Source: an uncultured delta proteobacterium (GTDB taxonomy: Bacteria > Myxococcota_A > Polyangia > Palsa-1104). Taken from it: a DNA stretch of 64,000 nt. The notes beneath the pieces were generated by a model. That model was given only the letters and a program-made list of their open reading frames with translations. It made no database searches and had not been told where the DNA came from. The stretch is from positions 1-64,000 of the forward strand of contig CAWAWS010000008.1 in NCBI GenBank assembly GCA_963785725.1. The letters run 5' to 3'. Numbering within the stretch: the first letter of the stretch is position 1; the number at the start of each line of letters is the position of its first letter. This document shows, piece by piece, positions 47,820 through 58,063 of this stretch. The position numbers and the translations under genes were made by a program.

Positions 47820-49646
47820 TCAGTCGGCCGTCATCGCGCACGCCGCCGCGTCGCCGTGCGTCGTCGCTGCGCTCGACGGCAGCTGGCGCGGCAGGCGCAT
47901 GACGAAGGTGGTGACGCCGTCGGCCGATCGCGCCACGATCGTGCCGCCGTGCGAGAGCACGATCTGCTTGGCGATGAAGAGGCCGAGCCCGAGGTTGCCG
48001 GCGCTCGACTTCTCGCACTGCCGGCCGCGCCGAAAGGGCTCGAAGATCGTCGGCAATAGCTCGGCGGGGATGGGATTGCCCTCGTTGCTGATCTCGATGA
48101 CGACGTCGTTGCCTTCGGAGTAGGCGTGCAGACCGAGCGGAGTGCCCGGCTGCGCGTGCTCGATGGCGTTGCCGAGGATGTTCGACAGCAGCTCGACGAG
48201 CCGATCGGCGTCCCACACGCCGGTGACGTCGCCGTCGATGGCGAGCTCGATCGGGTGGTCGAACTCTTCGACGACGCAGCGACAGAGCTCGCGCAGATCG
48301 GTCGGCTTGCCGTCGAGCGGGAAGCCGCCGCCGAGGCGCGCCCGCGTCAAGTCGAGCAGCTGCGAGATCATCCGTGTCATGCGCTCCGAGCCGTGGATGA
48401 TGCGCGACAGCGACTTGTCGTCGCGCTCGTCGAGCTTGGCGTGGCGGCGGATGAGCGTGGCCGCCAGCGTGATCGACGACAACGGCGTGCGCAGATCGTG
48501 GCCCACGATGCCGATGAACAGCTCGCGAAACTCGGCCACTTGGCGCAGCTCGCGCTCGCGCTCCTCGGTGAGCGCGCGCGCCGCTTCGGCCGCCTCGGTC
48601 AGCTCGAGCGCGTGGATCGTCGCGCCCACCATCTCCTCGTTGGCCTCGCGCAGGTCGTGCAGCGCGCGGCGGGCGCTCTCGTGCAGCTGCGCATTTTCGA
48701 CGGCCAGCGCCGCGCGCGCCGCCACCTCTTGCGCCAAGCTGAGGTCGGCTTCGCCGTAGCGCCGGCCGGCGTCGGTCGAGATGAGCACCAGCGAGCCCAA
48801 CGGCTCGCCGTGCGCCAAGAGCGGCACCACCATGAGCGACTGCGGGCCGAGATCGTGAATGGCGGCGACGAAGCGCGGGTCGCGCGAGAGCGAGGCGAGA
48901 TCGGCGGGCGCGACGCTGGGCAAGAGATGCGGCTGCTGCGCGTCCGCCGGCGACAGGGCGAGGCGAGCGCGGGCGAGATCGGCCGTCAGGACGCGCAGCC
49001 GCTCGCACAGCGCCGCCTGGCTCGGATCGCGGTGCCGCACTTCGACGCGCTCGGCGCGCTCGCCGGCCGCCACCACGTCGACGATGCAGCAGTCCGCCAG
49101 CTCGGGCACGATCATGCGCGCCACCGTCGCCAGCGTCGCGTCTTGATCGAGGAAGGTGTCCATGAGCGCGGCGCCGAGGCCGGCCAAGAGCTCGCTCGCC
49201 CGCTCGCGCTGCAGCTGCTCGGTGATGTCGCGCAAGACGACCGTGAACAGCTGGACGCCTTCGATGTCGAGCTTGGAGATGGCGGCTTGTGCGGAAAATT
49301 CCCGGCCGTCCTTGCGCACGCAGGTGATGGCCGGCATGCGCTCGCCCATGCGCCGCGCCGTGACGTCGCCGGCGCCGAACTGCCGCACCAGCTGGCCGTG
49401 GGTGCGACCGAAGCGCAGCGGCATGAGCAGCGTCAACGGCTGCCCCATCGCCTCCGCCGCCGTCCAGCCGAAGATCGCCTCGGCGCCGCGGTTGTACATG
49501 ATGATCCGCTGCGCGTCGTCGATGGAGATGATGGCCTCGGCGGCGATGCCGATGATACCGCGCAGCTTGGCCTCGGAGATGCGCAAGGCGTCCTCGGCCT
49601 CCTTGCGCGCGGCGACGTCGATGCTCCGAAGCTCCGACTCCGTCAT
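47820..49646 (-). CDS. PAS-GAF histidine kinase
   Basis: YNRGAEAIFGW PAS, GAF, GHDLRTPL, NILGNAIEH, NEGNPI, GLGLGL; GAGGAG RBS. Confidence 0.92.
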   Translation of the reverse strand: MTESELRSIDVAARKEAEDALRISEAKLRGIIGIAAEAIISIDDAQRIIMYNRGAEAIFGWTAAEAMGQPLTLLMPLRFGRTHGQLVRQFGAGDVTARRMGERMPAITCVRKDGREFSAQAAISKLDIEGVQLFTVVLRDITEQLQRERASELLAGLGAALMDTFLDQDATLATVARMIVPELADCCIVDVVAAGERAERVEVRHRDPSQAALCERLRVLTADLARARLALSPADAQQPHLLPSVAPADLASLSRDPRFVAAIHDLGPQSLMVVPLLAHGEPLGSLVLISTDAGRRYGEADLSLAQEVAARAALAVENAQLHESARRALHDLREANEEMVGATIHALELTEAAEAARALTEERERELRQVAEFRELFIGIVGHDLRTPLSSITLAATLIRRHAKLDERDDKSLSRIIHGSERMTRMISQLLDLTRARLGGGFPLDGKPTDLRELCRCVVEEFDHPIELAIDGDVTGVWDADRLVELLSNILGNAIEHAQPGTPLGLHAYSEGNDVVIEISNEGNPIPAELLPTIFEPFRRGRQCEKSSAGNLGLGLFIAKQIVLSHGGTIVARSADGVTTFVMRLPRQLPSSAATTHGDAAACAMTAD

Positions 49647-49898
49647 GTGCTCCTCGCTACTTTACCGAGCCCAGCTGCCCGATGCGCGCGGCGACGACGG
49701 TCGTCTCGGTGTGGCCCCGATCGATCGCAGCGGCCGACCGGCGCCACACGGCAAGCGCCGCCTCGTCAAGTGTAACGCTCGCTCGCAACGCGCGCAGCGA
49801 CAAAGTCGACCGCGCGGAGAATTACGGTATCGAACTGTCACGCCGTCAGCCGAAGCGCGACACGAGCGCGCCGGTGCAGGATTCGCGTTCGGGCGCAG

Positions 49899-50312
49899 TC
49901 ACTGGTGACGGGGCGCGTTCGCGTCGTGAACGGCTTGCGAGATCGGCGGCGTGCCGAAATATTGGCGGACATGAGCGGCCAGCTGCCTGTCGGTCGGGTG
50001 ATCGACCGTCTCCACGCCGACGATGCCGAACGTCAACATCACCGAGTGCGCGTTGACGTAGTCGCAAAAGTGCAGCTTCTCGTCCGCCGGGCCCATGACG
50101 AGCACGCTGTCGACGCCGGCCAGCGACTGCGCGATGGCGGCGAAGAAGCGGTGCTCGTCTTGCGGATGATTGTGCGGCTGCGCTTCGTAGCGCGGATGGC
50201 GCAAGACGTGGGCGGGCGCGCTGACGAGCGAGGTCGTGAACGTCTCCGGCTCGACATGAAAGACGTGCGCCTCTCGATGATCGATCCAAACGGCCGCTCG
50301 ATGAATCTCCAT
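49899..50312 (-). CDS. eRF1/pelota-fold (baeRF-like) small protein
   Basis: AVWIDHREAHVF, FFAAIAQSL, VLVMGP, VGVETVDHPTDRQLAAHVRQYF. Confidence 0.75.
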   Translation of the reverse strand: MEIHRAAVWIDHREAHVFHVEPETFTTSLVSAPAHVLRHPRYEAQPHNHPQDEHRFFAAIAQSLAGVDSVLVMGPADEKLHFCDYVNAHSVMLTFGIVGVETVDHPTDRQLAAHVRQYFGTPPISQAVHDANAPRHQ

Positions 50313-50637
50313 GTGACACCTCGCTTTCGCATCCATGCGCATGACGAAGATCAGAAGCAATCGACGGGCCTGCCGTCTTCATGACGAATGTTAGTCGTCG
50401 CCGACCAAGCGCAATCGGGCGCCGGCGAGCCAGCGTCGGATTCGGCTCGGCGTGCAGGATTCACGGTAGGCGCGCTACGTCGATCGCGGTGCTCGGCCGA
50501 GCGGCCGGCGACGCGCGAGCGCGACCAGCGGCCGGCCGCTGCGACCGTCGCACGCGTATTTGCACGGCTTACGCGCGGTTGCGCACGTGTGTCGGCGCGC
50601 ACCGACGTTTCAGGCGCCGCCCTGTTAGACATTGGAG

Positions 50638-51876
50638 ATGCGTCATCCTCTGGTCTGCGCGGCCCTCATCGGGCTCGCCGGTTGCAGCCACGCTCCGCCG
50701 CCGCCCGTCGCCAAAGTCACGCCCGCCAAGCCCGGCGCGCTCGACGCCACGGAGACGGCGAACGCCATGCTGGCGCGCGAAGCGACCGGCCTTGTGCCGA
50801 TCGCGATCCGCTCCGGCGACGGCGAGCTGCAGCTGACGGTGACGGCCAAGGGCACGCCCAAGCTGGAGCCGCTGCCGGGCAAGCAGCACTTCATGCTCAC
50901 CGTCCCCATCGGCACGCAGCAGGCCATCTACTGCCGGCTCGGGCCGACGCAGGATCTGGCCGCCGGCACGCTGTCGGCGCGCGCCGACGTGAACAAGCTG
51001 CCGCACCGGCAGATCACCGACGTCAACGGCGGCGCGCTCAACGGCGCCGCCTTCTTGTCGACGCGCACCATCTACTCGTTCGAGCGCGACGGCGTCAAGC
51101 AGTGGGGCGAGGTCAAGACGGCCGCCGCCGAGCGCGGCTTCGAGTTCTCGGCCATCTGCGTGCACGACGAGGTCGGCTACGCCGCGACGTTGCACGACGT
51201 CTTGGGCTCGCTCGTGCAGTCCGGGACGTTCGTCGGCGCCGCCACCTCGCCCGCCTATCGCGAGCTGTCGAGCATCACGCTGGCCGGCAAGATCGTCGGC
51301 ATCTCGCAGTCGCAGCTGGTGCGCGCGGACGACGGGCGGCTGTGGAGCTACGTCGACACGGCGATGCTGATCCCGGCGTCGCCGCTCGATTTCCAAGGCC
51401 ACGACAACTTCGAGAGCGAGACCAGCGACAGCGCCGGCAACGTGCTCAGCGCGACGCACATCGCCAGTCAGGGTGAAGGCGAGCTGCAGTACAAGCTGAA
51501 GCTGACGCGCACGCCGAAGGGCTATCACGTCGACGGGGAGTTCGGCGGCAAGCGGGTGGACGCCGAGATCGCGTCGGCCGAGGCGCTGACCGCCGCCGAT
51601 CGCGCCGCGCGCCTGACGCGCGAGCTGATGGCCGGCAAGCGCCGCGACGTCGTCTTGCCGCACTACGCGCCGAGCGCCGATCCGCTCGGGTTCGCGCAGT
51701 CGACGGTGACGCCCAGCGGCGACAAGGAGCTGCCCTATCGCCGCGAGGACAGCGACAAGACGGTCTCGCTGGTCGACGTCGACGACAACGGCAACGGCCG
51801 GCGCGGGCGCATGCAAGTGGGCCCGTTGACGCTCGAGATCGCGCGGACGGCGGAATATGGCCACTTTCCCCAGTAG
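50638..51876 (+). CDS. Hypothetical lipoprotein
   Basis: Lipobox LAGC; strongly GC3-biased 412-codon frame. Confidence 0.75.
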   Translation: MRHPLVCAALIGLAGCSHAPPPPVAKVTPAKPGALDATETANAMLAREATGLVPIAIRSGDGELQLTVTAKGTPKLEPLPGKQHFMLTVPIGTQQAIYCRLGPTQDLAAGTLSARADVNKLPHRQITDVNGGALNGAAFLSTRTIYSFERDGVKQWGEVKTAAAERGFEFSAICVHDEVGYAATLHDVLGSLVQSGTFVGAATSPAYRELSSITLAGKIVGISQSQLVRADDGRLWSYVDTAMLIPASPLDFQGHDNFESETSDSAGNVLSATHIASQGEGELQYKLKLTRTPKGYHVDGEFGGKRVDAEIASAEALTAADRAARLTRELMAGKRRDVVLPHYAPSADPLGFAQSTVTPSGDKELPYRREDSDKTVSLVDVDDNGNGRRGRMQVGPLTLEIARTAEYGHFPQ

Positions 51877-52634
51877 TCGCTGGCTGGCGGCGGCGGCGCT
51901 GGCGACGCTCATGAGCGGCGGCGGCGCGCGCGCCGAGAAGGTCGACGGCTATCTGCCCAGCATCGACCTGAAGGCGCCGCAAGGCTGGCTGCCCGGCGCC
52001 ACCTTCACGGCGCGCCTGACCTGTCAGGACGCCGAAGGGCTGGCCGCCGCGATGGCGACCGGCTACGCGGCCGCGCGCGAGGGCGACAAGGTCAAGGTGC
52101 ACGTGACCGGCTATGCGCCGCTGCCGGGCGCGCCCGACGAGGCGCAGCGCAAGCCGAGCTTCCTCGTCGACTTCGACGATCCGCTGTTCACGCCGCTGCG
52201 CGCGACCATCGTGGCCAAATACGGCGAGCATCCGACGCCGGCGCAGCTGGCCGCGTTCACCGACGGCTACATCACCAACAAGGACTCGTCGCGGGGCGAA
52301 GATCTCGGCCTCGACCGTGGCGCGACGCAAAGAGGGCGACTGCACCGAGCACGCGGTGCTGCTGGCGGCGCTGGTGCGGCTGTTCGGCGGGGCGTCGCGG
52401 CTCGTCAACGGCGTCGCCTTCATCGTCGTCGACAAGAAGACGTATGCCTTCGGGCACGAGTGGGTCGAAGTGGAGGTCGGCGGCAAGTGGCAGCCGTTCG
52501 ATGGCACGCGTCCGACCGAGCGGCCCGACGGTCATTGGCTGCCGGTGTCCATCGTCGTCGACGAGAGCATGCGGCGCGGCAAGGCGGCCATGCACATGAT
52601 GCAGCTGCAGCCGATGCAGATTACGATCGAGTAG
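51857..52634 (+). CDS. Transglutaminase-like cysteine protease (one +1 frameshift near 52307)
   Basis: Signal peptide in the 51857 frame; catalytic triad GDCTEHAVLL, GHEWVEV, WQPFDGT in the 52113-52634 frame. Confidence 0.8.
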
Positions 52635-52675
52635 CCAGCCCGCCGCGCGGCCCGGTTGCTGCAATGGCGCCCGGC

Positions 52676-54100
52676 ATGCGACCTACGACCTTGCTCGTCC
52701 TCCTATGCTTCGGCGGCTGCGCGACCACGCCCGCCGACGGCGCGTCAGCGACCGCCTCCACCGTCGCTGACGCCGCCTGCACGACGCGCATCACCTACGG
52801 CGCCGCCTGGCTCCCCGGCGCCAACCATCCCGGCAGCTCCGACACCGTCAACGGCCTGGTGACTTGGGACGGCAGCTGTATCCCCGATGGATCGAATTCC
52901 TACGCGACGCTCTCCAACGGCTGGCAGCCGCACTTCAGCGGGCCCGGCTGCGTCATGGCCCTCGACAGCAGCTGCGCCGGCGCGCCGACGAGCTGCGCCA
53001 CGCGCGTCGGCTACGGCCCGGCGTGGCTGGCGCCGAGCGGCCACGCCAACCGCTTCGACGACGTCGCCGACCGTCTCTGGCCGAGCAACGTGTGCAGCGT
53101 CGCCGGTGCGCAGTCGTCCGAAGCGCTGTCCAACGGCTGGGTCCCCTATTTCAGCGGCAGCGCCTGTCAGCTCTCGATGCGCTACGATCAATGCGGCGGC
53201 CTCTACGACAACCCGGTCATCGCCGGCAACTTCCCCGATCCGGGCGTGCTCCACGACGGCAACCAATACGTCCTCGTCACCACCTCGGGCGACGCCGCCG
53301 ACGCCTTTCCCATTCGCACGTCGACGGACCTCGTCAACTGGACGGCGGTCGGCTTCATCTTCCCGGCGGGCCAGCATCCGGCGTGGGCGGTGAGCGACTT
53401 CTGGGCGCCCGAGATCCACAAGGTCGGCAGCCACTACGTCGCCTATTACACGGCGCGCAACGCCGCCGGCAAGCTGAGCATCGGCGCCGCCACCGCGTCG
53501 AGCGCGACCGGACCGTTCACCGACCTCGGCCAGCCGCTCGTCACCCGCAGCGACCTCGGCGTCATCGACGCGACCGAATTCACCGCCGCCGACGGCACCA
53601 ATTACCTCGTGTGGAAGGTCGACGGCAACGCGGTCGGACAGCCGACGCCCATCTTCGGCCAACCGCTCAGCGCCGACGGCCTGACGCTGACCGGCGCGGC
53701 CGTGCAGCTCATCACCAACGATCGCGCGTGGGAAGGCGGCGTCGTCGAGGGCCCGTGGGTCGTGCAGCGCAACGGCGCCTATTGGCTGTTCTACAGCGGA
53801 AACTCCTACGCCAATTCCACGTACGCCGTCGGGGTCGCGCAGGCGGCGTCGCCGCTCGGGCCGTACACGAAGCTGGCGGCGCCCATCGTCACCAGCAACG
53901 GCGACTGGATCGGCCCCGGCCACTGCTCGGTCGTCGACGGGCCGAGCGGCGGCGACTACATGGTCTACCACGCCTGGCTGCCCGGCCACGTCAACGGACC
54001 CGGCGACGGCCGCCAAACGCTCGTCGACCGCATCGTGTGGAGCGCCGCCGGCCCGTCGCTGCTGGGCGCGCCGTCGGTGCATTCGCGTCCGCTGCCGTAA
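52676..54100 (+). CDS. GH43 glycoside hydrolase lipoprotein with two N-terminal Cys-rich repeats
   Basis: Lipobox FGGC; FPDP, FWAPEI, VIDA, VVEGPW, GPGHCS motifs. Confidence 0.9.
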   Translation: MRPTTLLVLLCFGGCATTPADGASATASTVADAACTTRITYGAAWLPGANHPGSSDTVNGLVTWDGSCIPDGSNSYATLSNGWQPHFSGPGCVMALDSSCAGAPTSCATRVGYGPAWLAPSGHANRFDDVADRLWPSNVCSVAGAQSSEALSNGWVPYFSGSACQLSMRYDQCGGLYDNPVIAGNFPDPGVLHDGNQYVLVTTSGDAADAFPIRTSTDLVNWTAVGFIFPAGQHPAWAVSDFWAPEIHKVGSHYVAYYTARNAAGKLSIGAATASSATGPFTDLGQPLVTRSDLGVIDATEFTAADGTNYLVWKVDGNAVGQPTPIFGQPLSADGLTLTGAAVQLITNDRAWEGGVVEGPWVVQRNGAYWLFYSGNSYANSTYAVGVAQAASPLGPYTKLAAPIVTSNGDWIGPGHCSVVDGPSGGDYMVYHAWLPGHVNGPGDGRQTLVDRIVWSAAGPSLLGAPSVHSRPLP

Positions 54101-54162
54101 GCCGTCGCGCGCGGCGCGCCGGCGTTGTGCACCGCGCGCGATCGGCAGCGGCGGCAGGCTCG

Positions 54163-54763
54163 TCACCAGCCGGAGCCGACTTGCGCGGCCTGGTCGAGCT
54201 CCCACGTCGCCTGCTTCGGCCGCGCGGCCCACCACGCGCGGCCGAGCCAGGCGTCGAGCGACCAGCGACCGGGGCCGGCGAGCAAGAGGAAGCTCACCGT
54301 CAGAAGCTGCGCCCAGTCGGAGCGCGTCTCGTGCATCACCGCCCAGAACCCGATGCGCGGCGGCGCCGGCGGCAACGGCAGCGGCGAGGTCCCGAGATAG
54401 AGCGAGATTCTTGGTCGTCAGGATCGCCACGATCATCTCGACGATGAAGATGACGGCGGTCAAGCGCGTCAGCAGCCCGGCGATGAGGCAGAGCCCGCCC
54501 ACGATCTCGAGGCCGCCGACGAACGTCGCCGTCGCGTGCGGCCAGGGAAAGCCGAGCTTGGTGAAGCGGCCGACCCCTTGATTGGTGTAGACGAACTTCA
54601 AGATTCCCTCGGAGAGAAAGACGCCGCCGGCCATCAGCCGTAAGAGCACCGTCGCTGCGTTGCCCGCGACCGGCGGGTGCACCATCCACTCGTACAGGGC
54701 CCGAATGCTCCAGGCGTTGCTGTTGATACTGCTGTTGCTGTTGCTGCTTTTCGTGGCGCGCAT
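54163..54763 (-). CDS. DoxX-family membrane protein (one frameshift near 54408)
   Basis: [32 protein letters not shown], then HETRSDWAQ...[16 protein letters not shown]. Confidence 0.85.
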
Positions 54764-54783
54764 TTGAAACCTCCCGAGGTCCC

Positions 54784-54808
54784 AACGCGGCAACGGCGCG
54801 ATCGTTCC
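54784..54808 (-). promoter_or_regulatory. ECF-type promoter for doxX
   Basis: Minus strand reads GGAAC-N16-CGTT just upstream of the doxX RBS. Confidence 0.7.
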
Positions 54809-54844
54809 CGAGTCATTCGCGCCACCCATCGTCACGAAAAGCCG

Positions 54845-54869
54845 GGAACGAATCGGCGCCTCGGCCGTT
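54845..54869 (+). promoter_or_regulatory. ECF-type autoregulatory promoter
   Basis: GGAAC-N16-CGTT pointing at the ECF sigma gene. Confidence 0.7.
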
Positions 54870-54958
54870 GCGATCGGCGAGTGGAGGGAATTCGCGACAG
54901 CCATGCGCGTGCGGCTCGGCGACTGCTCCGCGTCGAACGGACGTGGTATGGCAGGGCG

Positions 54959-55513
54959 GTGGGCGGGGCGAATCGGCACGAAGGCGCCTCTTGGCTGGGT
55001 AACGAGGCGCTGGCGTACGCCGATCCGCTGCACAACCTGGCGCGCTATCTGACCGGCGACGCCAGCCAAGCGGAAGATCTGGTGCAGGAGACGTATGCGC
55101 GCGCCTTGGGCGCCGCCGATCGCTTCGATGGCCGGAACTTGAAGGCGTGGCTGTTCAAGATCCTGCGCAATACGTTCATCGATGTCTATCGCAAGCAGAA
55201 GCAGCATCCGACCACCGGCGGGCTGGACACGATCCATCCCGACCTCGCCGACGGGGCGCAGGGTGCGGGCGATGCCGAGCTCTTGCGCGACGACATCGAG
55301 ATTCACCAGCTGCGCCACGCGGTCGCGTCCGACATCGAGGCGGCGCTGATGGGCCTGTCGGAGGACGCGCGGACGGTCATCTTGCTCGACCTCGAAGGCA
55401 TGACCGAAGTCGAGGTGGCCGAGGTGCTCGGCTGTGCGATCGGGACGGTCAAGTCGCGGCTTTCCCGCGCGCGCACGATGCTGCGTCGCAAGCTAGAGGC
55501 CTATGCTCGTTAG
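54959..55513 (+). CDS. ECF RNA polymerase sigma factor (SigR/SigH-like)
   Basis: [49 protein letters not shown]; start codon uncertain. Confidence 0.9.
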   Translation: MGGANRHEGASWLGNEALAYADPLHNLARYLTGDASQAEDLVQETYARALGAADRFDGRNLKAWLFKILRNTFIDVYRKQKQHPTTGGLDTIHPDLADGAQGAGDAELLRDDIEIHQLRHAVASDIEAALMGLSEDARTVILLDLEGMTEVEVAEVLGCAIGTVKSRLSRARTMLRRKLEAYAR

Positions 55514-55522
55514 GGGCGCGTG

Positions 55523-56326
55523 ATGGAGCACAAAGAAGCGCAGGATCAACTGCTCGATTTTCAGCGTGGCCGGCTGCCGGAAGAGGCGCGTGCGCGCGTG
55601 GCCGCGCATCTCGAGGGCTGCGCCGAATGCCGCCGCGCCGCGGACGCCGAGGCGGCGCTGTCGAGCGCGCTCGAGAGCCGGCTGCCGCGTCATCCGGCGT
55701 CGCCGGCGCTGCAGGCGCGGCTGGCCGAGCGGCTGACGGCTCGCGAGCGGGCGCCGCGGCCGGCGCGACGCCGCTGGCCGCGCTATGTGGCGCCGCTGGT
55801 CAGCGCGCTGGCGGCGGCGGCGCTCGTGCTCGTCGGCGTGCGGCTGACGCAGCCGAGCTTCTTGCGCGCGGGGCTGACGGCCGGCGATCTGGTGGAGGAG
55901 GGCGTCAACGATCACTTGCGCGTCGTCGCCAGCGCGCACCCGATCGAGATCGAAGGCGGCGGGATTCATCAGGTCAAGCCGTGGTTCACGGGCCGCCTCG
56001 ACTTCGCGCCGCGCGTGTCGTTCGCCGGCGACGATCAGTTTCAGCTCGTCGGCGGCAGCGTCGGCTACTTCCGCGATCGCAAGGCGGCGGTGTTCGTCTT
56101 CAAGCTGCGGCTGCACACGATCTCGCTGTTCGTCTTTCGCGCCGAGGAGCTGCCGTGGCCGACGCGCGGCCTGACGCGCGTCGGGCCGCTCGACGTCGAC
56201 GTCCGCGTCTCGCGCGGCTTCTCGGTGCTCATGTGGCGCAGCGGCGAGCTCGGCTACTGCATGGTGTCCGACGTGAACCGCGCCGATCTGGAGGCGCTGG
56301 CGATCCGCGTGGCCGAGGGATCGTGA
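55523..56326 (+). CDS. Zinc-binding (ZAS) transmembrane anti-sigma factor
   Basis: HLEGCAEC (HxxxCxxC), TM, VKPWFTGRLDFAP, LVGG, VSD. Confidence 0.88.
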   Translation: MEHKEAQDQLLDFQRGRLPEEARARVAAHLEGCAECRRAADAEAALSSALESRLPRHPASPALQARLAERLTARERAPRPARRRWPRYVAPLVSALAAAALVLVGVRLTQPSFLRAGLTAGDLVEEGVNDHLRVVASAHPIEIEGGGIHQVKPWFTGRLDFAPRVSFAGDDQFQLVGGSVGYFRDRKAAVFVFKLRLHTISLFVFRAEELPWPTRGLTRVGPLDVDVRVSRGFSVLMWRSGELGYCMVSDVNRADLEALAIRVAEGS

Positions 56327-56921
56327 GCGTGCAGCCGCGCCACGAGCGATAGGATTCGTCGGGCTTCCGTCAGTCCGTAAACGTAACCAGGTCTCTCCCA
56401 CTCGCAATCGCGGCGCGCAGGATCTCGAGCACGCCATGCTCAGTCATGGGCGCGCCTGCGCATCGGGCCGACTGCGCTCGTCGGGCAATTCGGGCCGCGT
56501 CAAACGATTGATGGAGGGAAAGTCGTCGGGCTTTGGAACGGCGATTGGCAATCTGTGATCGGCATTGGGCGAGGTGTGTCCGTCAAGTTCGCCTCGATCG
56601 CGACTGCTCTTAGCTGCGATCGAGATGCGACGAATTGTCGCATCGCCTCTTGTCGACTGGCTTAGATTGTCTGCTTAGATCAGTCAGTCGCGTGCACAAT
56701 GAACGAAGGTCGCTGTCGCTTAGCGATGTCGTTAGTCGTCTAAGGTTTATTGGTCACGCAGTGCAGGCTCGTCGCTCGGCGGAACCAGGGAATTGTGAGC
56801 GCGCTCGCGATCTCGGTTAGTGCTGTCTCTCTAATGAGACACTGCAATTCGACTAAAGACTTCTGTGCGATAGCGCAACTGCGCGTGGCTCGATTGTCGA
56901 GAACGAGAGTATCTTTACAAG

Positions 56922-58061
56922 GTGCGCGCTGGCCCAACGCCACTCTATAGCTTGATCCTTGCGCTGACAGTCGCGTCGTTGCCGGCTCATGCGCAAGGAG
57001 AGAACGCCGACGTGGGCGCGGCCGCGCGCGCCTTCCAGCGCGGCCAGCACGCGCAGCTGCACTCGCAGTTCGCGCGCGCGGCCTCGCTGTTCGAGCTCGC
57101 CGACGAGGCGGCGCCGTCGGCAGCGGCCTTGCGCAGCGCCATTCGCAACTGGGACGCCGCCGGCAATCCGGCGCGCGCCGCGACGCTGGCGCAGCGCGCG
57201 CTCGAGCGCTACCCGCACGACATCGCGACGGTGCGGCTGGCGGCCGGTCTGCTGACGCGGCGCACGCGCGCGCTCGGCTCGGTACGAGCGCACTGCGCGC
57301 CGGCGTGCGTGCTCGTCGTCGACGGACACTCGACGGCGCCGGCGCCGCTCGTCGATCACGATCTGTACGTCGCGCCGGGCGAGCACGCGCTCGTCGTCGA
57401 GTTCGAGGACGGTCGCAGCGCGCGCCAGCGGCTCAAGCTCGGCGCCGGCGAGCGTCGCGAGCTGTCGCTGGCGGCGCCGGTCGAGGTGGCGCGCCGCCAC
57501 GCGCCGGCGCGCGCCGCGACCGCCGAGGACGGCGACGACGACGACATGCCGGCGATCGACGACTCGGCCTGGGGCGCGCAGACGACGAGCGCGACGCCGC
57601 CGCCGCCGCGACCCGCGCCCGCGGCGGTCGAACGCGCGCCCGCGCCGGCGATCGCGCCGCCCGCCCTCGCCACCGTCGAGCTGACGCGCGGCCCCGAGCC
57701 GAAGCGCGATCGACGCGTGCCGCCGGTCGTGCCCGTCGTCGGTATCGGCCTCACGCTCGGCCTCGGCGCCGTGCTCGTCTGGTCCTACACCGACACGCTG
57801 TCGGCCAGCGCCCGCTACATCGCGCATCCGACCGCCGCCGGCTATCACGACGGGCTCGGCCGCGAATCGCGCACCTTCGGGCTGCTCGGCGGCGTCGCCG
57901 CGCTGGGCGTGACGACGCTGGCGGTCGCGCTCTTCGCCACCAACTGGCACGCGAGCTTCGCCGGCCGCGGCGGCCCCGACAAGCTGGCGCGCCGGATCTG
58001 GCCGACGGCGGGCGCGAGCGGCAGCGCCTGGTCGGTCGGTATCGGCGGCGTGCTCGAATAA
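56922..58061 (+). CDS. Exported TPR plus PEGA-like protein with C-terminal hydrophobic helices
   Basis: Signal peptide, ARAFQRGQ...FELADEAAP TPR, LVVDG...YVAPGEHALVV PEGA-like segment, Pro-rich linker, two hydrophobic helices. Confidence 0.75.
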   Translation: MRAGPTPLYSLILALTVASLPAHAQGENADVGAAARAFQRGQHAQLHSQFARAASLFELADEAAPSAAALRSAIRNWDAAGNPARAATLAQRALERYPHDIATVRLAAGLLTRRTRALGSVRAHCAPACVLVVDGHSTAPAPLVDHDLYVAPGEHALVVEFEDGRSARQRLKLGAGERRELSLAAPVEVARRHAPARAATAEDGDDDDMPAIDDSAWGAQTTSATPPPPRPAPAAVERAPAPAIAPPALATVELTRGPEPKRDRRVPPVVPVVGIGLTLGLGAVLVWSYTDTLSASARYIAHPTAAGYHDGLGRESRTFGLLGGVAALGVTTLAVALFATNWHASFAGRGGPDKLARRIWPTAGASGSAWSVGIGGVLE

Positions 58062-58063
58062 CC

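Noticed and set aside
51857..54100. Apparent 747-aa fusion to GH43
   Set aside because: Artefact of a one-base insertion near 52307; it is two genes, each with its own signal peptide
56330..56920. Lower-GC 600-bp gap as a small gene or mobile remnant
   Set aside because: Short ORFs lack an RBS and codon bias, and I saw no terminal repeats or transposase motifs; treated as regulatory DNA
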